In this document: positions 1 to 10,952 of the stretch, one piece after another
How the letters are laid out: each line of letters opens with the position of its first letter
How positions within the stretch are numbered: the stretch's first letter is position 1
Assembly: GCA_965224025.1 (NCBI GenBank)
Contig: OZ245033.1
Location: forward strand, 4,384,001-4,448,000
Reading direction: 5' to 3'
DNA length: 64,000 nucleotides
From: Candidatus Multivorans sp.
GTDB taxonomy: Bacteria; Acidobacteriota; Thermoanaerobaculia; Multivoradales; Multivoraceae
Position numbers and translations under genes: made by a program
Notes under the pieces: generated by a model
Databases searched by the model: none
Told to the model about the DNA's origin: nothing
The model's input: only the letters and a program-made list of their open reading frames with translations

Positions 1-9
1 AGGCGAACG

Positions 10-987
10 ATGATCGCCCTTGCCCTGGCTGCCGCCCTCGTTGCGGCGCCCGCTCTCGCGGCGGACGACCGGAAGCTGCCGCGCACCCCCTGGGGCCATC
101 CCGACCTCCAGGGACTGTGGACGAACACCACCCTGACGCCCTTCGAGCGGCCGCTCGAACTGGGCGACAAGGCCTTCCTCACGGAGGAAGAGGTTGCCCA
201 GGCCGAGGCAGCCCGCCAGGCGATGATCCAGAACCGCGCCCAGCAGCCGGCGCGGAAGGCGGAGGCCGGCCAGAACGTCGGCGCCTACAACCTGCACTGG
301 CTGGAACTGGGTACGAAAGTCGTCGGCAGCCGGCGGACCTCACAGGTCATCGATCCCCCGAACGGGCGAGTGCCGGTGCGGCCGGAGGCACAGAAGGTGC
401 GCGCCGACAACCTGGTCAAGATGTTCGACTCCTACGAGTACATGAGCGTGTGGGACCGCTGCATCACCCGCGGCGTGCCCGGGCACCTGTTCCCGGCCGG
501 CTACAACAACGGCTACCGGATCGCCCAGACACCCGAATACGTGGTCATCTACTCCGAGATGATCAACGACGTCCGCTTCATCCCCATCGACGGCCGGGAC
601 CGCATCCCCGAGGACATCCACCTCTGGAACGGCGACTCCCGGGGCCACTGGGACGGCGACACGCTGGTCGTCGAGACGAAGAACTTCTCGGACAAGGGCT
701 GGATCGCCACCAGCGGCTCCCAGGGTCGGATCAAGGGCATCCCGGTGAGCAACGATCTCGTCACGGTCGAACGTTTCACGCGAATCGACGAACACATGAT
801 CGACTGGACTGTGACGGTTGACGATCCGGTCAACTACACCGACACCTGGACCGTGAACCTCCCGCTCTACTTCGACGCGAACTACGAGATGTTCGAGTAC
901 GCCTGCCACGAAGGAAACTGGGCGGTCACCAACACGCTGAGCGGCGCTCGCCACCTGGAGAAGACGGGCGCGGACGGCAGTCCGTAA
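10..987 (+). CDS. Secreted uncharacterised protein of the 'PRTxxGxPDLxGxW...YACHEGN' family
   Basis: Signal peptide MIALALAAALVAAPALA; motifs PRTPWGHPDLQGLW, DPPNGRVP, DRCI, GDSRGHWDGDTLVVET, FEYACHEGN; paralogues elsewhere in the window. Confidence 0.85.
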   Translation: MIALALAAALVAAPALAADDRKLPRTPWGHPDLQGLWTNTTLTPFERPLELGDKAFLTEEEVAQAEAARQAMIQNRAQQPARKAEAGQNVGAYNLHWLELGTKVVGSRRTSQVIDPPNGRVPVRPEAQKVRADNLVKMFDSYEYMSVWDRCITRGVPGHLFPAGYNNGYRIAQTPEYVVIYSEMINDVRFIPIDGRDRIPEDIHLWNGDSRGHWDGDTLVVETKNFSDKGWIATSGSQGRIKGIPVSNDLVTVERFTRIDEHMIDWTVTVDDPVNYTDTWTVNLPLYFDANYEMFEYACHEGNWAVTNTLSGARHLEKTGADGSP

Positions 988-1336
988 CGCCCGCGAACCG
1001 CTCGCAGGCTCGCTGTCCGACCCCAACCCAACTCCACCGGATCCGTCGACGGCGGCAGCAGTTCCACTACCGGCCAAGCCGGCGAAAACCAAGCAAACGC
1101 GGCGACGACTCGTCCCCGCGGACGCTCGCGCGTCCTGAGTAGAACACGGGCTGGCGCTCGCTGCGGTCGGCTGCGCTCCGGTTTGGCGTTGCTCCATGAA
1201 GTGGCGTCGGCCGTCGCTTGCCGACAGCCTCGCAAGGACCTTCTCCCCGGACCCCAACCGGCTGGCGATCGTCGCTGGCTTAGGGGACGCGTGACGGCGA
1301 GGCCTTCCTGGTGCGAAGACCCGGAACGGCTGGCCG

Positions 1337-3151
1337 TCAGGGGCAGGTAATCCGGTAGACCCGGGCTTCGGTCAAGGCGGCCAGGGGCTCCAGGAGCGGA
1401 TAGGCCTCGTGGTGGCCAGCGCGGGCGTCGGCGATGAAGGGGCCGAGCCAGTCGCCGGTGTCTTCGTTGGAGCGGCCGCCGCCGAGTTGAACGGTGGGGC
1501 GGACGACGAGGAGGAGACGGTCGAAGTTCGGGCAGTGGCGGGAGGCGATCCGTTCGAGGTCGGAGTAGGTCAGGACTTCCGTGTACGGGAGACCGGCGTA
1601 CGAGATAGCGAACCGGCCCGGGAAGAGGAAGGGGACGTCCATCGTGCCGCCGCCGATGACGAGGTCGCCCGAGGCGGTGTGTTCGCGCAGCCATTGCTGG
1701 CGCTCGCTCCGGAACTCTACGGTCCGGGCGTCTCGGCTCGTCGACCAGAGGGTCGCTTCGCGGACGAAGGCGGTACCGAAACAGACGGCGAGGATGGCGG
1801 GCGGCAGCCAGGCGTATCGCCGTACATCAGGATGGGAAACGGCCAGGAGGGCTCCGAACGCCGGAATCAGGGGGACGGTCGCCGGCAACGCCAGCCGGAC
1901 GCCGATCGGATCGAAGTTGGCCTGGCTGCTACGCCAGATGACGGCCGCGAGGTAGAGGACGGCCCAAAGGCTGATGAGCAGTGGAGGACGTGGGTCTGCC
2001 GGGGGCCGGGTACGGCCCGAGTCCCTGGCTGTACGGATGGCGAAGGCGCCGAGAAGCCCGAACACGACGGCGAGTACCGCGGCGTCCGGCCAGTTGCCGA
2101 GCGCAGTCGAGCGCCAGCCGCCGAGAACGGCCGCGATTGCGCGGCCCAGGCTTTCGGAAAGCGTCGTCACGGCGGGCATCGCTGGCGGCAGGACGTGTCC
2201 TTCGGCGGCCACGTTGCGGGCGAGGATCCCGGCCATTGGCACTAGCGCGCCGACCGCGAACGTCAGGGCCAATCGGCTCGCCGCTTCGCGGCTTCGGCCT
2301 GAATGCGGGTCAACGCCGCCAAACGCTTCGCGGACTCGGAGTCTGGCCCCAGCTCCCACCTCCCCAGAGGTCCCGCGCACCCGGAGCAACGTCTTCGCCA
2401 AGCCTGAAGAGCCCTGCGCGGATGCCGTTTCATTGCGGGGGCGGCTGGCCCCGCCGAGCCATAGTGCGGCGAAACCGATTAGCGGCAACGGCCACAACGA
2501 GTAACGGACGCCGAAGGCCGCGCCGGCGAGCAGGCCCAGGGAGAGGGGCAGAAGTAGGGCGCGCCAAGCCGGACGGCGGCCGCGGTCCGACTCGTCCGGC
2601 ACCTCGGCCGGTCGTCGTTCGAGCAGCCAATCGAGCGCCAGAAAGAAGAACAGCACGACGGCGACTGCCAGACATTCGCTCAAGGCGGCTCGGCCGAAAT
2701 GGGTCAGCGGAACGAACAGGAGCGCGGCGCCGAGTGCGACCGCCGCGGCCGCCGAACCTCCGATCCGCTGCCCGAGCAGGTAGACCAACGCCAAGATCGC
2801 GGCGTAAGCCAACACGGAAACGACCAGCGCCGCGTCTGCCGCGTTCATGCCGAGCCGCGACAAGAGGGCGATCGCCAAGGGATAGCCCGGCGCCTGCGCT
2901 GTGAAGGCCGACGGCAGGTCCAGGTCGCCGGACACGTAGAACGGCTGGTTGAAGCCGCCGGTCGACTGAACCAGACCGTTGCCGGCGACCACCCGCCGCG
3001 CGACATCGACGTAGTTCATCGAGTCCGCCGAGAACGTGCGGACGCGGACCAGCGAGTTCGCCGCGAAGAGTGCCACGTAGGCGACTCCGACCAGCACCAG
3101 CAGGATCGAGGCGGCCCGACGTCCGTCCGCCGCCATCAGGATGGGGGCCAA
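1337..3151 (-). CDS. Polytopic membrane protein, GT-C/ArnT-like glycosyltransferase
   Basis: Many hydrophobic segments; DSMNYVDVARR after the first TM, PGYPL and LSE motifs typical of GT-C-like proteins. Confidence 0.6.
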   Translation of the reverse strand: MAPILMAADGRRAASILLVLVGVAYVALFAANSLVRVRTFSADSMNYVDVARRVVAGNGLVQSTGGFNQPFYVSGDLDLPSAFTAQAPGYPLAIALLSRLGMNAADAALVVSVLAYAAILALVYLLGQRIGGSAAAAVALGAALLFVPLTHFGRAALSECLAVAVVLFFFLALDWLLERRPAEVPDESDRGRRPAWRALLLPLSLGLLAGAAFGVRYSLWPLPLIGFAALWLGGASRPRNETASAQGSSGLAKTLLRVRGTSGEVGAGARLRVREAFGGVDPHSGRSREAASRLALTFAVGALVPMAGILARNVAAEGHVLPPAMPAVTTLSESLGRAIAAVLGGWRSTALGNWPDAAVLAVVFGLLGAFAIRTARDSGRTRPPADPRPPLLISLWAVLYLAAVIWRSSQANFDPIGVRLALPATVPLIPAFGALLAVSHPDVRRYAWLPPAILAVCFGTAFVREATLWSTSRDARTVEFRSERQQWLREHTASGDLVIGGGTMDVPFLFPGRFAISYAGLPYTEVLTYSDLERIASRHCPNFDRLLLVVRPTVQLGGGRSNEDTGDWLGPFIADARAGHHEAYPLLEPLAALTEARVYRITCP

Positions 3152-3169
3152 CCAAGCCGGCGCTTCGCA

Positions 3170-3201
3170 CCGGATGCGGGCAAGATGCCCGCGTTCCCAG
3201 G
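3170..3201 (+). repeat. REP-like hairpin repeat, family A, copy 1
   Basis: CCGGATGCGGGCAAGATGCCCGCGTTCCCAGG; 30/32 identical to the reverse complement of 35692-35723. Confidence 0.8.
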
Positions 3202-3228
3202 AATCGTCGCGTGCAGCGGCGCAAGCTC

Positions 3229-3513
3229 CTAGCCTGCGAACGCCGGGGCCGGCAGTTCAGCCAGGTGGCGGTGACACATCTCGCAGCTCGACACTCCCCG
3301 GGCCTCGGCCGCTGGATCGAGTTCCTGGTCCACCCACCGCAGGAAGGAGCGGGAGAGGTCCGGACGGCTGTCCGGAGACACCGCGCCAAGGTCGGCAACG
3401 AACTCCCTGAGCAGAGCGCGCAGCACCGCGAGACGCTCGTAGTCGACCTTGCCGTCCCCGGCGACGACCTCGGCCAGCAGCCGGTCCCACGCGTCGTAGG
3501 AGAACGTCTCCAT
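3229..3513 (-). pseudogene. Truncated DUF547-like protein (N-terminal part only)
   Basis: METFSYDAWDRLLAEVVAGDGKVDYERL...FVADLGAVSP resembles a DUF547 N-terminus; the sequence turns unrelated before the expected WINAYN-type core. Confidence 0.55.
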
Positions 3514-3527
3514 CGACTCCTTGCGGA

Positions 3528-4607
3528 CTACTCGTTCCCGGAACCGGTGCTGCCCGCTCGCGCCTTCTGCTCGTGGTACTCGCGCTCGAGCAACCGCGCG
3601 CCGCGCAGGATGCCGCCCATCGCGTAGTTGCCCTCGTGGCAGGCGTACTCGTAGTTCTGTTCGTCCGTCTGCGGCCAGATGAACTCGCCGCTGTACGGCG
3701 CCGTGTAGTCCGGGTCCTCGACGGCGAACTGGTACAGAAGCTCGTCCTTGCTCTGGCGCGTGAAGCGCTCGGTGACCTTGAGCCCCTCGCGCGGGACGCG
3801 GGGCGCGGCAAGGAAGTTCGTCGTCTCGACAACCAGCGTGTCCCCTTCCCACCAGCCGATCGAGTCCCCGCCGAGCGAGCGCGCGTCGGCCGGCGCGTGC
3901 TCCGCGTTCAGGCGCACGACCTTCGCCCAGTGCATCCACTCGACCAGGATGACCACGTGGTCCTCGGTCTGGGTGATCGTCTTCATGTTGTTGTAGAGGA
4001 TCGGCCGCGCCGGCGTGGCGGCGGCGCCGAGATACAGGCAGCGATCCAGCAGGGACAGCGTCTCGGGGCCGTCGTAGGGATCGTCGCCGGTCTCGATCCA
4101 CCATGCGGTCCCCGTGTTCTCGTAGGCGTAGGGATGCAGATCGACGCGGCGCGCCTTGCCCGCTTCCGAAACCGGCGGCATGCGGCCGTTCGGCGGATCG
4201 GTCAGGATCGAGGTCTGGAACTGGCCGTCGATTGCATGGCGCGTGCTGCCGCTGTCGGTCCAGAAGGCGTTGTAGCCGCCGACCGCGCCCGCGGGACCGC
4301 CGGAACCGTCACCTCCGGCCGGAGGCGCCGACCGGTCGGGATCGCTGGCCGCGTTGGCTCTGGCGATCATTGCGGCGGTGGCCGCCATGATCCGCTCCGC
4401 CTCCTCGACGCTCATGTACTTCTTGTCCCCGAAACGCGAATCCCGTTCGAACGGAGTCGAACTCGCGATGTTGTAGCGGCCGCTCAGGTCCGGCTTGCCG
4501 CTCGCGGTGCGCGGGATGTCGTCGCCGGCAGCCAGGGCCGGAGCCGCGACGAGTAACGCGGCCGCGCCAGTGATCGAGAGGGTAGGAAGGGCTCGTTCGA
4601 TGTGCAT
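3528..4607 (-). CDS. Secreted 'YACHEGN' family protein (paralogue of 10-987)
   Basis: Signal peptide; PRTASGKPDLSGRY, DPPNGRMP, DRCL, GDSIGWWEGDTLVVET, YEYACHEGN. Confidence 0.85.
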   Translation of the reverse strand: MHIERALPTLSITGAAALLVAAPALAAGDDIPRTASGKPDLSGRYNIASSTPFERDSRFGDKKYMSVEEAERIMAATAAMIARANAASDPDRSAPPAGGDGSGGPAGAVGGYNAFWTDSGSTRHAIDGQFQTSILTDPPNGRMPPVSEAGKARRVDLHPYAYENTGTAWWIETGDDPYDGPETLSLLDRCLYLGAAATPARPILYNNMKTITQTEDHVVILVEWMHWAKVVRLNAEHAPADARSLGGDSIGWWEGDTLVVETTNFLAAPRVPREGLKVTERFTRQSKDELLYQFAVEDPDYTAPYSGEFIWPQTDEQNYEYACHEGNYAMGGILRGARLLEREYHEQKARAGSTGSGNE

Positions 4608-4780
4608 GGAAGATGCCTCCGTTCTTTCGGCGGGAAGGAGCCGCGCGATGCCGACGCGGGCTCAGAGGACAGGCACGAAAAGAGATATGGAGCCTACCTC
4701 ACCGGACCCGGGGCGGGTACCTCCGCTGGTAGAGTCAGGACCCGATCAAGCAACCAGGGAGTCTTGGGAGGGCGAAGCGA

Positions 4781-6421
4781 ATGAGGTCCCCGATCCACAT
4801 CCACCGGAATCGACTCACGGCGCTTCTCGCGGCCGCTGGGCTTCTCGTCGCGACAGCCGCCGGCGCCGCCGAGACGCCCACCTTCAGCCGCGACGTGGCG
4901 CCGATCCTGTTCGAGAAGTGCGTGCAGTGCCACCGGCCGAACCAGGCAGCGCCGATGTCCCTGCTCTCGTACCGGGAGGCGAGACCCTGGGCCCGAGGCA
5001 TGGCGCGAGCGGTCGAGAACGGCGACATGCCGCCATGGAGCGCCGAGTCGGAGCACGTCGTCTTTCGCAATGATCTCTCCCTCTCCTCCGAACAGGTCGC
5101 TACGATCACTTCCTGGGCCGCCGGCGGCGCTCCCGAGGGCGATCCCGCGGACCTGCCGCCCACCCCGACGTTCTCGGACGGCTGGACGCGGGGCGAACCG
5201 GACTACGTGCTCACTCTCGACCGGGTCGAGGTCCCTGCCGAAGGCCCCGACGTCTTCCTCAAGCAGCAGATCCAGCTCGACCTGAAGGAAGAGCGCTGGG
5301 TGCGGGCGATCGAGTTCATGCCGGGTGACCGTCGCGCGACCCATCACTTCCAGACAACGTACACGACGCCGCGGCGGCAGAGCGGCGGCCCGTGCGGCTC
5401 CGGCGAGAGGGTGCGCGAGGGCGCCGGCGGCAGCGGCGTGTTCGGCATCTGGACCGCGGGCATGCCGCCCTACGTGTTCCCGGAGGGGACCGGGCGCGTC
5501 CTCGGCCCGGGCACCACGATCACCATCGATTCGCACTACCACCCGTTCGGCGAGGCGACATCCGATGAGACGCAGATCGGCATCTTCTTCGGCGAAGGCG
5601 AACTGGAGCGCGAGGTGGCGACGGTCTCCGTAACCAACACGGGAATCCGGATCCCCCCCGGTGCCGATCATCACGCCGAGGAGGGCTTCTACCAGCCCGA
5701 CGAGGACATGCAGATTCTCGCCTTCAGCCCCCACATGCACGTGCGCGGCAAGGCGATGACGTACCGCCTCGTCCATCCCGACGGCACCAGCGAAACCCTG
5801 CTCGACGTACCGAAGTACGACTACAACTGGCAGTGGCTCTACTACCCGACCGAGCCGATCGACGTGCCCGCCGACAGCCGCGTCGAGGTCACCGCGGTGT
5901 GGGACAACTCGGATGGCAACCCCGCCAATCCCGACCCGACGCGGGAGATCATCTACCGTGGCGACGTGTTCAACGAAATGTTCGTCGGCTTCATGGAGGT
6001 CGTGCGCAAGGAGGGCGGGTACCACCGCCCCCGGCGGAACGTGGACAAGCTGAGGGATCTGATTGCATTGCACCCGGGAGGGACCTCCTTCCTGGTCGAG
6101 GGCTTCCTGCCCATCGCCTTCGACGCTCCGCACGAGGGCGAGGGCGTGCTCTACCTGGTCAGCGGTCTCCAGATGTTCACGATCACGCTCGACGACATCG
6201 CGTGGTCGGAGAACCGCCTGGAAGTGAACACCCAGTTCCCGACGCCGGAGGCATCGGCGATCACGACCGTGATCGAAGGCGAGGTCGACGCGGACGGTGC
6301 GCTCCAGGGCACGATCACGATCGGATCGGACAGCGAACGCCCAATGAAGATGAAGATGGTCGGACAACCGGGCGGGCGGGCGCCGTCCACGGAGGCCACC
6401 GGGGCCGCCGCCGGAGAGTGA
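4781..6421 (+). CDS. Secreted cytochrome c + copper monooxygenase (PHM/DBH-like) fusion with C-terminal extension
   Basis: Signal peptide; CVQCH heme motif; THH, HYH, PHMHVRG, YDYNWQ and NEMF motifs fit PHM-type CuH/CuM ligands. Confidence 0.75.
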   Translation: MRSPIHIHRNRLTALLAAAGLLVATAAGAAETPTFSRDVAPILFEKCVQCHRPNQAAPMSLLSYREARPWARGMARAVENGDMPPWSAESEHVVFRNDLSLSSEQVATITSWAAGGAPEGDPADLPPTPTFSDGWTRGEPDYVLTLDRVEVPAEGPDVFLKQQIQLDLKEERWVRAIEFMPGDRRATHHFQTTYTTPRRQSGGPCGSGERVREGAGGSGVFGIWTAGMPPYVFPEGTGRVLGPGTTITIDSHYHPFGEATSDETQIGIFFGEGELEREVATVSVTNTGIRIPPGADHHAEEGFYQPDEDMQILAFSPHMHVRGKAMTYRLVHPDGTSETLLDVPKYDYNWQWLYYPTEPIDVPADSRVEVTAVWDNSDGNPANPDPTREIIYRGDVFNEMFVGFMEVVRKEGGYHRPRRNVDKLRDLIALHPGGTSFLVEGFLPIAFDAPHEGEGVLYLVSGLQMFTITLDDIAWSENRLEVNTQFPTPEASAITTVIEGEVDADGALQGTITIGSDSERPMKMKMVGQPGGRAPSTEATGAAAGE

Positions 6422-6954
6422 CGACGGTACGCCCCGCGAGTACCGGACTCCGGTGGCCGCTTGCCGCGCTGTTGCTGGCTGCGCCGCTGGCGCTGCACTG
6501 CGGCGGGTCAAGCATGTCCCAGCTCAAGGCGCTGGTGCGGGCCAGCTTTCCCGGCGTGCCCCAGATGAGTATCGAGGAACTCGACCGGCGACTGGACGAC
6601 GATCCGCGGCCCCTGGTTATCGACGTCCGGGAAGCCTTCGAGTACGAAGTCAGCCACCTTCCCGGCGCCGTCCACGCCCAGGGCAAGGACATCGTGGGCG
6701 TGATCGCAGAGGCCGAACCGGAGCGGCCGGTCGTCCTCTACTGCTCCGTCGGCTACCGTTCGTCGGCAGCCGTCGCCGATCTGATCCAGTTGGACGATCC
6801 GGAGATCGGCGACCGGATCTGGAATCTCGAAGGCTCGATCTTCGAGTGGGCCAACTCCGGCCGCCCCGTCTACCGGGGTCCGGAAGAGGTGGACCGGGTT
6901 CACCCCTACGGCAAACAGTGGAGCAAGCTGCTCGAACCGCACCTGCGGCCTTGA
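6418..6954 (+). CDS. Rhodanese-like domain protein, probable lipoprotein
   Basis: GTG start overlapping the upstream TGA; IDVRE, SHLPGA, YCSVGYRS, NLEGSIFEW. Confidence 0.85.
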   Translation: MTTVRPASTGLRWPLAALLLAAPLALHCGGSSMSQLKALVRASFPGVPQMSIEELDRRLDDDPRPLVIDVREAFEYEVSHLPGAVHAQGKDIVGVIAEAEPERPVVLYCSVGYRSSAAVADLIQLDDPEIGDRIWNLEGSIFEWANSGRPVYRGPEEVDRVHPYGKQWSKLLEPHLRP

Positions 6955-7113
6955 CGGGACGGCCGCGCGACGAGAAACATCGGCAAGTGGCTAGCGTAGA
7001 CAGACAGCGCGAACTCGCCGCGAGACGAACCGGCCGACGCGGGCGGGGCCGACTGTGGCGCCGGTTGCAGGTTCCTCCGTGGCGGCGGCCCCTGGCGCCA
7101 CAAAGGAGCCCCC

Positions 7114-9534
7114 ATGATTCGAACGACGCTCTCGGGAATCTCCCCGGCCGGCACGCTGGCAGTCCTCTGGTGCGGAGTCGGCGCTCCCGCCGCGGCGCAG
7201 GACGCCGAACCGGACCAGGCCGAGGCAATTCCGGGCCAGATCTTCTCCGAGGAGCTCACGGTCACCGCCCGCAAGCGGGAGGAGAACCTCCAGGAAGTTC
7301 CGTTCTCCGTGGTCGCTCCGAGTGAGGACGTACTGCGCAACCGCGGTGTCTCAAACCTGGAGGGGATCGCGGCCAACGTCGCCGGGTTCACCGTCCAGAA
7401 CCTCGGCCCGGGCCAGAGCCAGGTCGCCATGCGGGGCGTCGCCGCCGGACAGATTGTCCGAGACCAGCCGGGCGTCAAGGAACAGGTGGGCATCTACCTC
7501 GACGAGTCGGTCATCTCCCTGTCGCTGTTCACACCGGACATCGACCTGTTCGACATGTCGCGCGTGGAGGTTCTTCGCGGACCGCAGGGCACGCTGTTCG
7601 GCTCCGGGTCTCTGGCCGGAACCGTTCGCTACATCACAAACCAGCCGCGGCTGGGCGTCTCCGAGGGCTTCGGCGAGTTCTCGCTCAGCTCGGTCGGCGA
7701 CGGCGGCATGGGCGGCAGCGCGAAGGTTGCGGTCAACATTCCCGTCGGCGACACGTCGGCGATGCGCATCACGGCCTACCACACGGCCTTCGGCGGTTTC
7801 ATGGACGCCGTGCAACCTGACCTGAGCGTCGACGAGGACGTGAACTCCGGGGAGCGGACCGGCGCTCGGTGGGCGCTTCGCTTCGAGCCCAAGGAGAACG
7901 TGACGGTCACGCCCCGAGTGATCTACCAGGAAGTCAGCATGGACGGCTGGAACCGGATCGACGACTTCAACATCCTGGCCAACCCGCACACGACGACCCG
8001 GCCGGCCGTGAATCTCGGCGAACGCGAGCTCTTCACGCAATTCGACGAGCCCTACACGGACGAGTTTCTCCTCGCCGACCTGAAGATCGAAATCGACCTC
8101 CCCGACGGGTACTCCTTCACCTCCATCACCACGGCCACGGACCGCGATGTTCACGTCGTGCGCGACTCGACCGCCCTCTACGCCAGCGTCGCCGGCGCCA
8201 CGATCGGCCTTCCCGAAGCCGTCTATACCCTGGACGCGCCACTGATCGACGCGACGACCGCGACCGGACTGACCCAGGAACTCCGACTGGCCAGCGGCGA
8301 CGAGTTCACGCACTGGGTGCTGGGCCTGTTCTACAGCAGCAGCGAACGGGACTACGGCCAGAGCCTGCCGGTCACCGGCTTCGAGGCCATGAGCGGCATT
8401 CCGACCATGGGCGCCTTCGGCGCGGTCACCGATGAACTCTTCTACTCCGACCTGGACTACGAGTTCGACCAGACGGCGGCCTTCTTCGAGATCACGTGGA
8501 CCGCAAGCGAGAGGGTCGACCTGACGGCGGGCGCGCGCTGGTACGACTACGAGGAGAACCGCAGCCAGGTCTTCGACGGCCTGTTCGCCGATCCGGGACC
8601 GACCGTTGGCGAGACGAGCGCGGACGGCATCGCGCCCCGCTTCATCGCCAGCTACGAGGTCAGCGAGAACACCCAACTCAACGCGCAGATCTCCAAGGGG
8701 TTCCGGCTGGGCGGCATCAACGATCCGCTCAACACACCCGTCTGCTCGCCGGAAGATCTGGCCACCTTCAGCGGCCGGGACAGTTGGCAGGACGAGGAAC
8801 TCTGGAACGTCGAGGTTGGCTCGAAGTCGACGATCCTGGACGGACGGGGCACCTTCAACATCGCCGCCTTCACGATGGACATTTCGGACCTGCAGACGAC
8901 CGTCACCGCCGGTTCCTGCTCGTCGCGGTTGATATTCAACGTGCCGAGCGCACGCAGCACGGGACTGGAAGTCGAGATCACGGGACAGCCCGCCGGCGGC
9001 TTCGACTACGCGATTTCCGCCAGCTACGCCGACTCCAAACTCGGGTCGACCCTGACTTCGACCGCGGCCGACGGAACGACCAGCGTGGTCTCAGGCATCG
9101 AGAAAGGCAACCGCCTGCCGACCGTGCCGGAGTTCCAGGCCACGGTCGCGGCGACCTACCGCTGGGAAGCCGGCGACTGGGCCGGCTACCTCTCCTCCGT
9201 CTTCCAGCACGTCGGCTCCCGCTTCACCCAGATCGGCGACCATGCCCCCGGCTTCGGCACCGTGGATCTTCTGGCGCTCTCCGCCACCAACCCGGTCGGC
9301 GGTCCGCTGACCCAATCCGTGTTCCAGTTCGATCCCGAAATGCCGGCCTACGACCTGCTGAACCTGCGCCTCGGCTTCCTCAACGAACGCTGGGACATCG
9401 CGCTCTTCATCAACAACGCGACCGACGAGCGGGCCTTCCTGGCCCTGGACCAGGAACGCGGAACCCGCGCTCGGGTCGGCTACCTGACGAATCCTCCGCG
9501 GACGATCGGCATTTCGAGCCGCATCAGCTTCTAG
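7114..9534 (+). CDS. TonB-dependent receptor
   Basis: TonB box/plug EELTVTARKREENLQEVP, RVEVLRGPQGTLFG; C-terminal Phe. Confidence 0.95.
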   Translation: MIRTTLSGISPAGTLAVLWCGVGAPAAAQDAEPDQAEAIPGQIFSEELTVTARKREENLQEVPFSVVAPSEDVLRNRGVSNLEGIAANVAGFTVQNLGPGQSQVAMRGVAAGQIVRDQPGVKEQVGIYLDESVISLSLFTPDIDLFDMSRVEVLRGPQGTLFGSGSLAGTVRYITNQPRLGVSEGFGEFSLSSVGDGGMGGSAKVAVNIPVGDTSAMRITAYHTAFGGFMDAVQPDLSVDEDVNSGERTGARWALRFEPKENVTVTPRVIYQEVSMDGWNRIDDFNILANPHTTTRPAVNLGERELFTQFDEPYTDEFLLADLKIEIDLPDGYSFTSITTATDRDVHVVRDSTALYASVAGATIGLPEAVYTLDAPLIDATTATGLTQELRLASGDEFTHWVLGLFYSSSERDYGQSLPVTGFEAMSGIPTMGAFGAVTDELFYSDLDYEFDQTAAFFEITWTASERVDLTAGARWYDYEENRSQVFDGLFADPGPTVGETSADGIAPRFIASYEVSENTQLNAQISKGFRLGGINDPLNTPVCSPEDLATFSGRDSWQDEELWNVEVGSKSTILDGRGTFNIAAFTMDISDLQTTVTAGSCSSRLIFNVPSARSTGLEVEITGQPAGGFDYAISASYADSKLGSTLTSTAADGTTSVVSGIEKGNRLPTVPEFQATVAATYRWEAGDWAGYLSSVFQHVGSRFTQIGDHAPGFGTVDLLALSATNPVGGPLTQSVFQFDPEMPAYDLLNLRLGFLNERWDIALFINNATDERAFLALDQERGTRARVGYLTNPPRTIGISSRISF

Positions 9535-9547
9535 GCCATGCCGCTGC

Positions 9548-10429
9548 TCAGTGCATGTCCGGCTGCGCCGTGCTCGTGAGCATGCCCGTAGCAGCCAGAA
9601 CGAGCACGGCGAACACGACTTCCAGGACGACGGTCCTGGGCAAAGGGTCCGTGTGCGAATCGGGCCGGAAGTGCATCGAAATCGAGTTGACGGCGCCGCA
9701 ACCAAGCACGAACAAGCTCAGGCCGACCTTGGCCAGGAGGATCTGGCCGTACGGCTCCGTCCACAGCGTCTCCCAGGCCGGCAGGTACCGGAACGCAAGG
9801 AGCGCGCCGCTCGCCACGAGCAGCGAGGCGCCGGCAATCGCCAGGGGTGAGAAAGAGCGCAGCCAGTAGCGCCGTATCGACGCCGACTCCGCGCGAGTCG
9901 TACCGGCGAAGCCGAAAGGAACCAGGAGCACGACGACCAGAGTGCCGATCCAGAGCCCGGCGGCCAGGATGTGCACGCTCTGGGCAGTCCAGGCCAGCGA
10001 GTCGCCGTAGGCGTGGCCCGTCATTGGCAGTGCAACGGCCACACCGAACGCGCCGATCCAGGCGAGCGCACCGCCGAGGATCGGAGTCCTCAGTGCGATG
10101 AACATGCCGAGCGTGGTCGATGCGGCGGCGGCTGCCTGCCACCGCCACCGACTTCCCCAGCGGCTCTCGATCGCCACTGTCCGCAGACTCTCCAGGGACA
10201 GCCCGTCGGCCAGTCCCCAGACCTCGATCGACTGAAAGACGCACCGGAGCAGCAACGCCACAAGCAGAAGAAGGGACGACAACCAACCCAGGCGCTCCAG
10301 GCCGACTCGAGGATCCCGAACCGAGAGCGCGGCGCCCCGGGCGGCGACCAGCAGCCGCAGGCCAAGGACGCCATAGACGAGCAGGAGGGGCAGGTAGACC
10401 GACCAGCGGCCAGCCATCTCCCAGCTCAT
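9548..10429 (-). CDS. copD: Copper resistance/uptake membrane protein CopD
   Basis: TGHA, HILAAGLWIG, SFSPLA, YGQILLAK motifs; directly downstream of copC. Confidence 0.85.
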   Translation of the reverse strand: MSWEMAGRWSVYLPLLLVYGVLGLRLLVAARGAALSVRDPRVGLERLGWLSSLLLLVALLLRCVFQSIEVWGLADGLSLESLRTVAIESRWGSRWRWQAAAAASTTLGMFIALRTPILGGALAWIGAFGVAVALPMTGHAYGDSLAWTAQSVHILAAGLWIGTLVVVLLVPFGFAGTTRAESASIRRYWLRSFSPLAIAGASLLVASGALLAFRYLPAWETLWTEPYGQILLAKVGLSLFVLGCGAVNSISMHFRPDSHTDPLPRTVVLEVVFAVLVLAATGMLTSTAQPDMH

Positions 10430-10451
10430 TGCCGGAAAGGCTGCCAGCGGT

Positions 10452-10835
10452 TCAGCGGCCGCCGCGGTCGACCGTGAAGGTCCATTCGCCGGTGAGGACG
10501 TGTCCGTCGTCGCCCGCCGTCCGCCAGCGCGCGGTGTAGACGCCATCGGGCATACGTCCCGTGACTCGAGCCATCAGGTCTTTCTCTCCCATCGAGTGAA
10601 GGCCTTCGACGTTCATCGCGCCGGCCGGACCCTCGAGCTCTAGCTTGCTGAGCGGCACATCCGGCTCCTGGTTGAACCAGACACGAAGGGTACGCGCGGG
10701 GCCGTTCAGCGTTGCACCCTCCTCCGGACTGGTCTTGAGCGCCTTCAGGTGCGCGAAGGCCGCCGCCGCGAGCAGCACCGCGAACAGGACGAAACCGAGT
10801 CCAACGATCCGGGGGAAGCGATTCCGGTCTCTCAT
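10452..10835 (-). CDS. copC: Periplasmic copper chaperone CopC
   Basis: Signal peptide ending AFA followed by His1; TSPEEG; WRTAGDDGH motif. Confidence 0.9.
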   Translation of the reverse strand: MRDRNRFPRIVGLGFVLFAVLLAAAAFAHLKALKTSPEEGATLNGPARTLRVWFNQEPDVPLSKLELEGPAGAMNVEGLHSMGEKDLMARVTGRMPDGVYTARWRTAGDDGHVLTGEWTFTVDRGGR

Positions 10836-10952
10836 CGAGATCGTCTCCGTACTTGCGTGGCGCCGACGCCAGTGCCGGCGCGGGTCACCCAGAGTAACAG
10901 TCCGCAAGGTGCCGTCCGGTGGCTCCGGTGTAGAGTCCCGCCTTCACCCCCG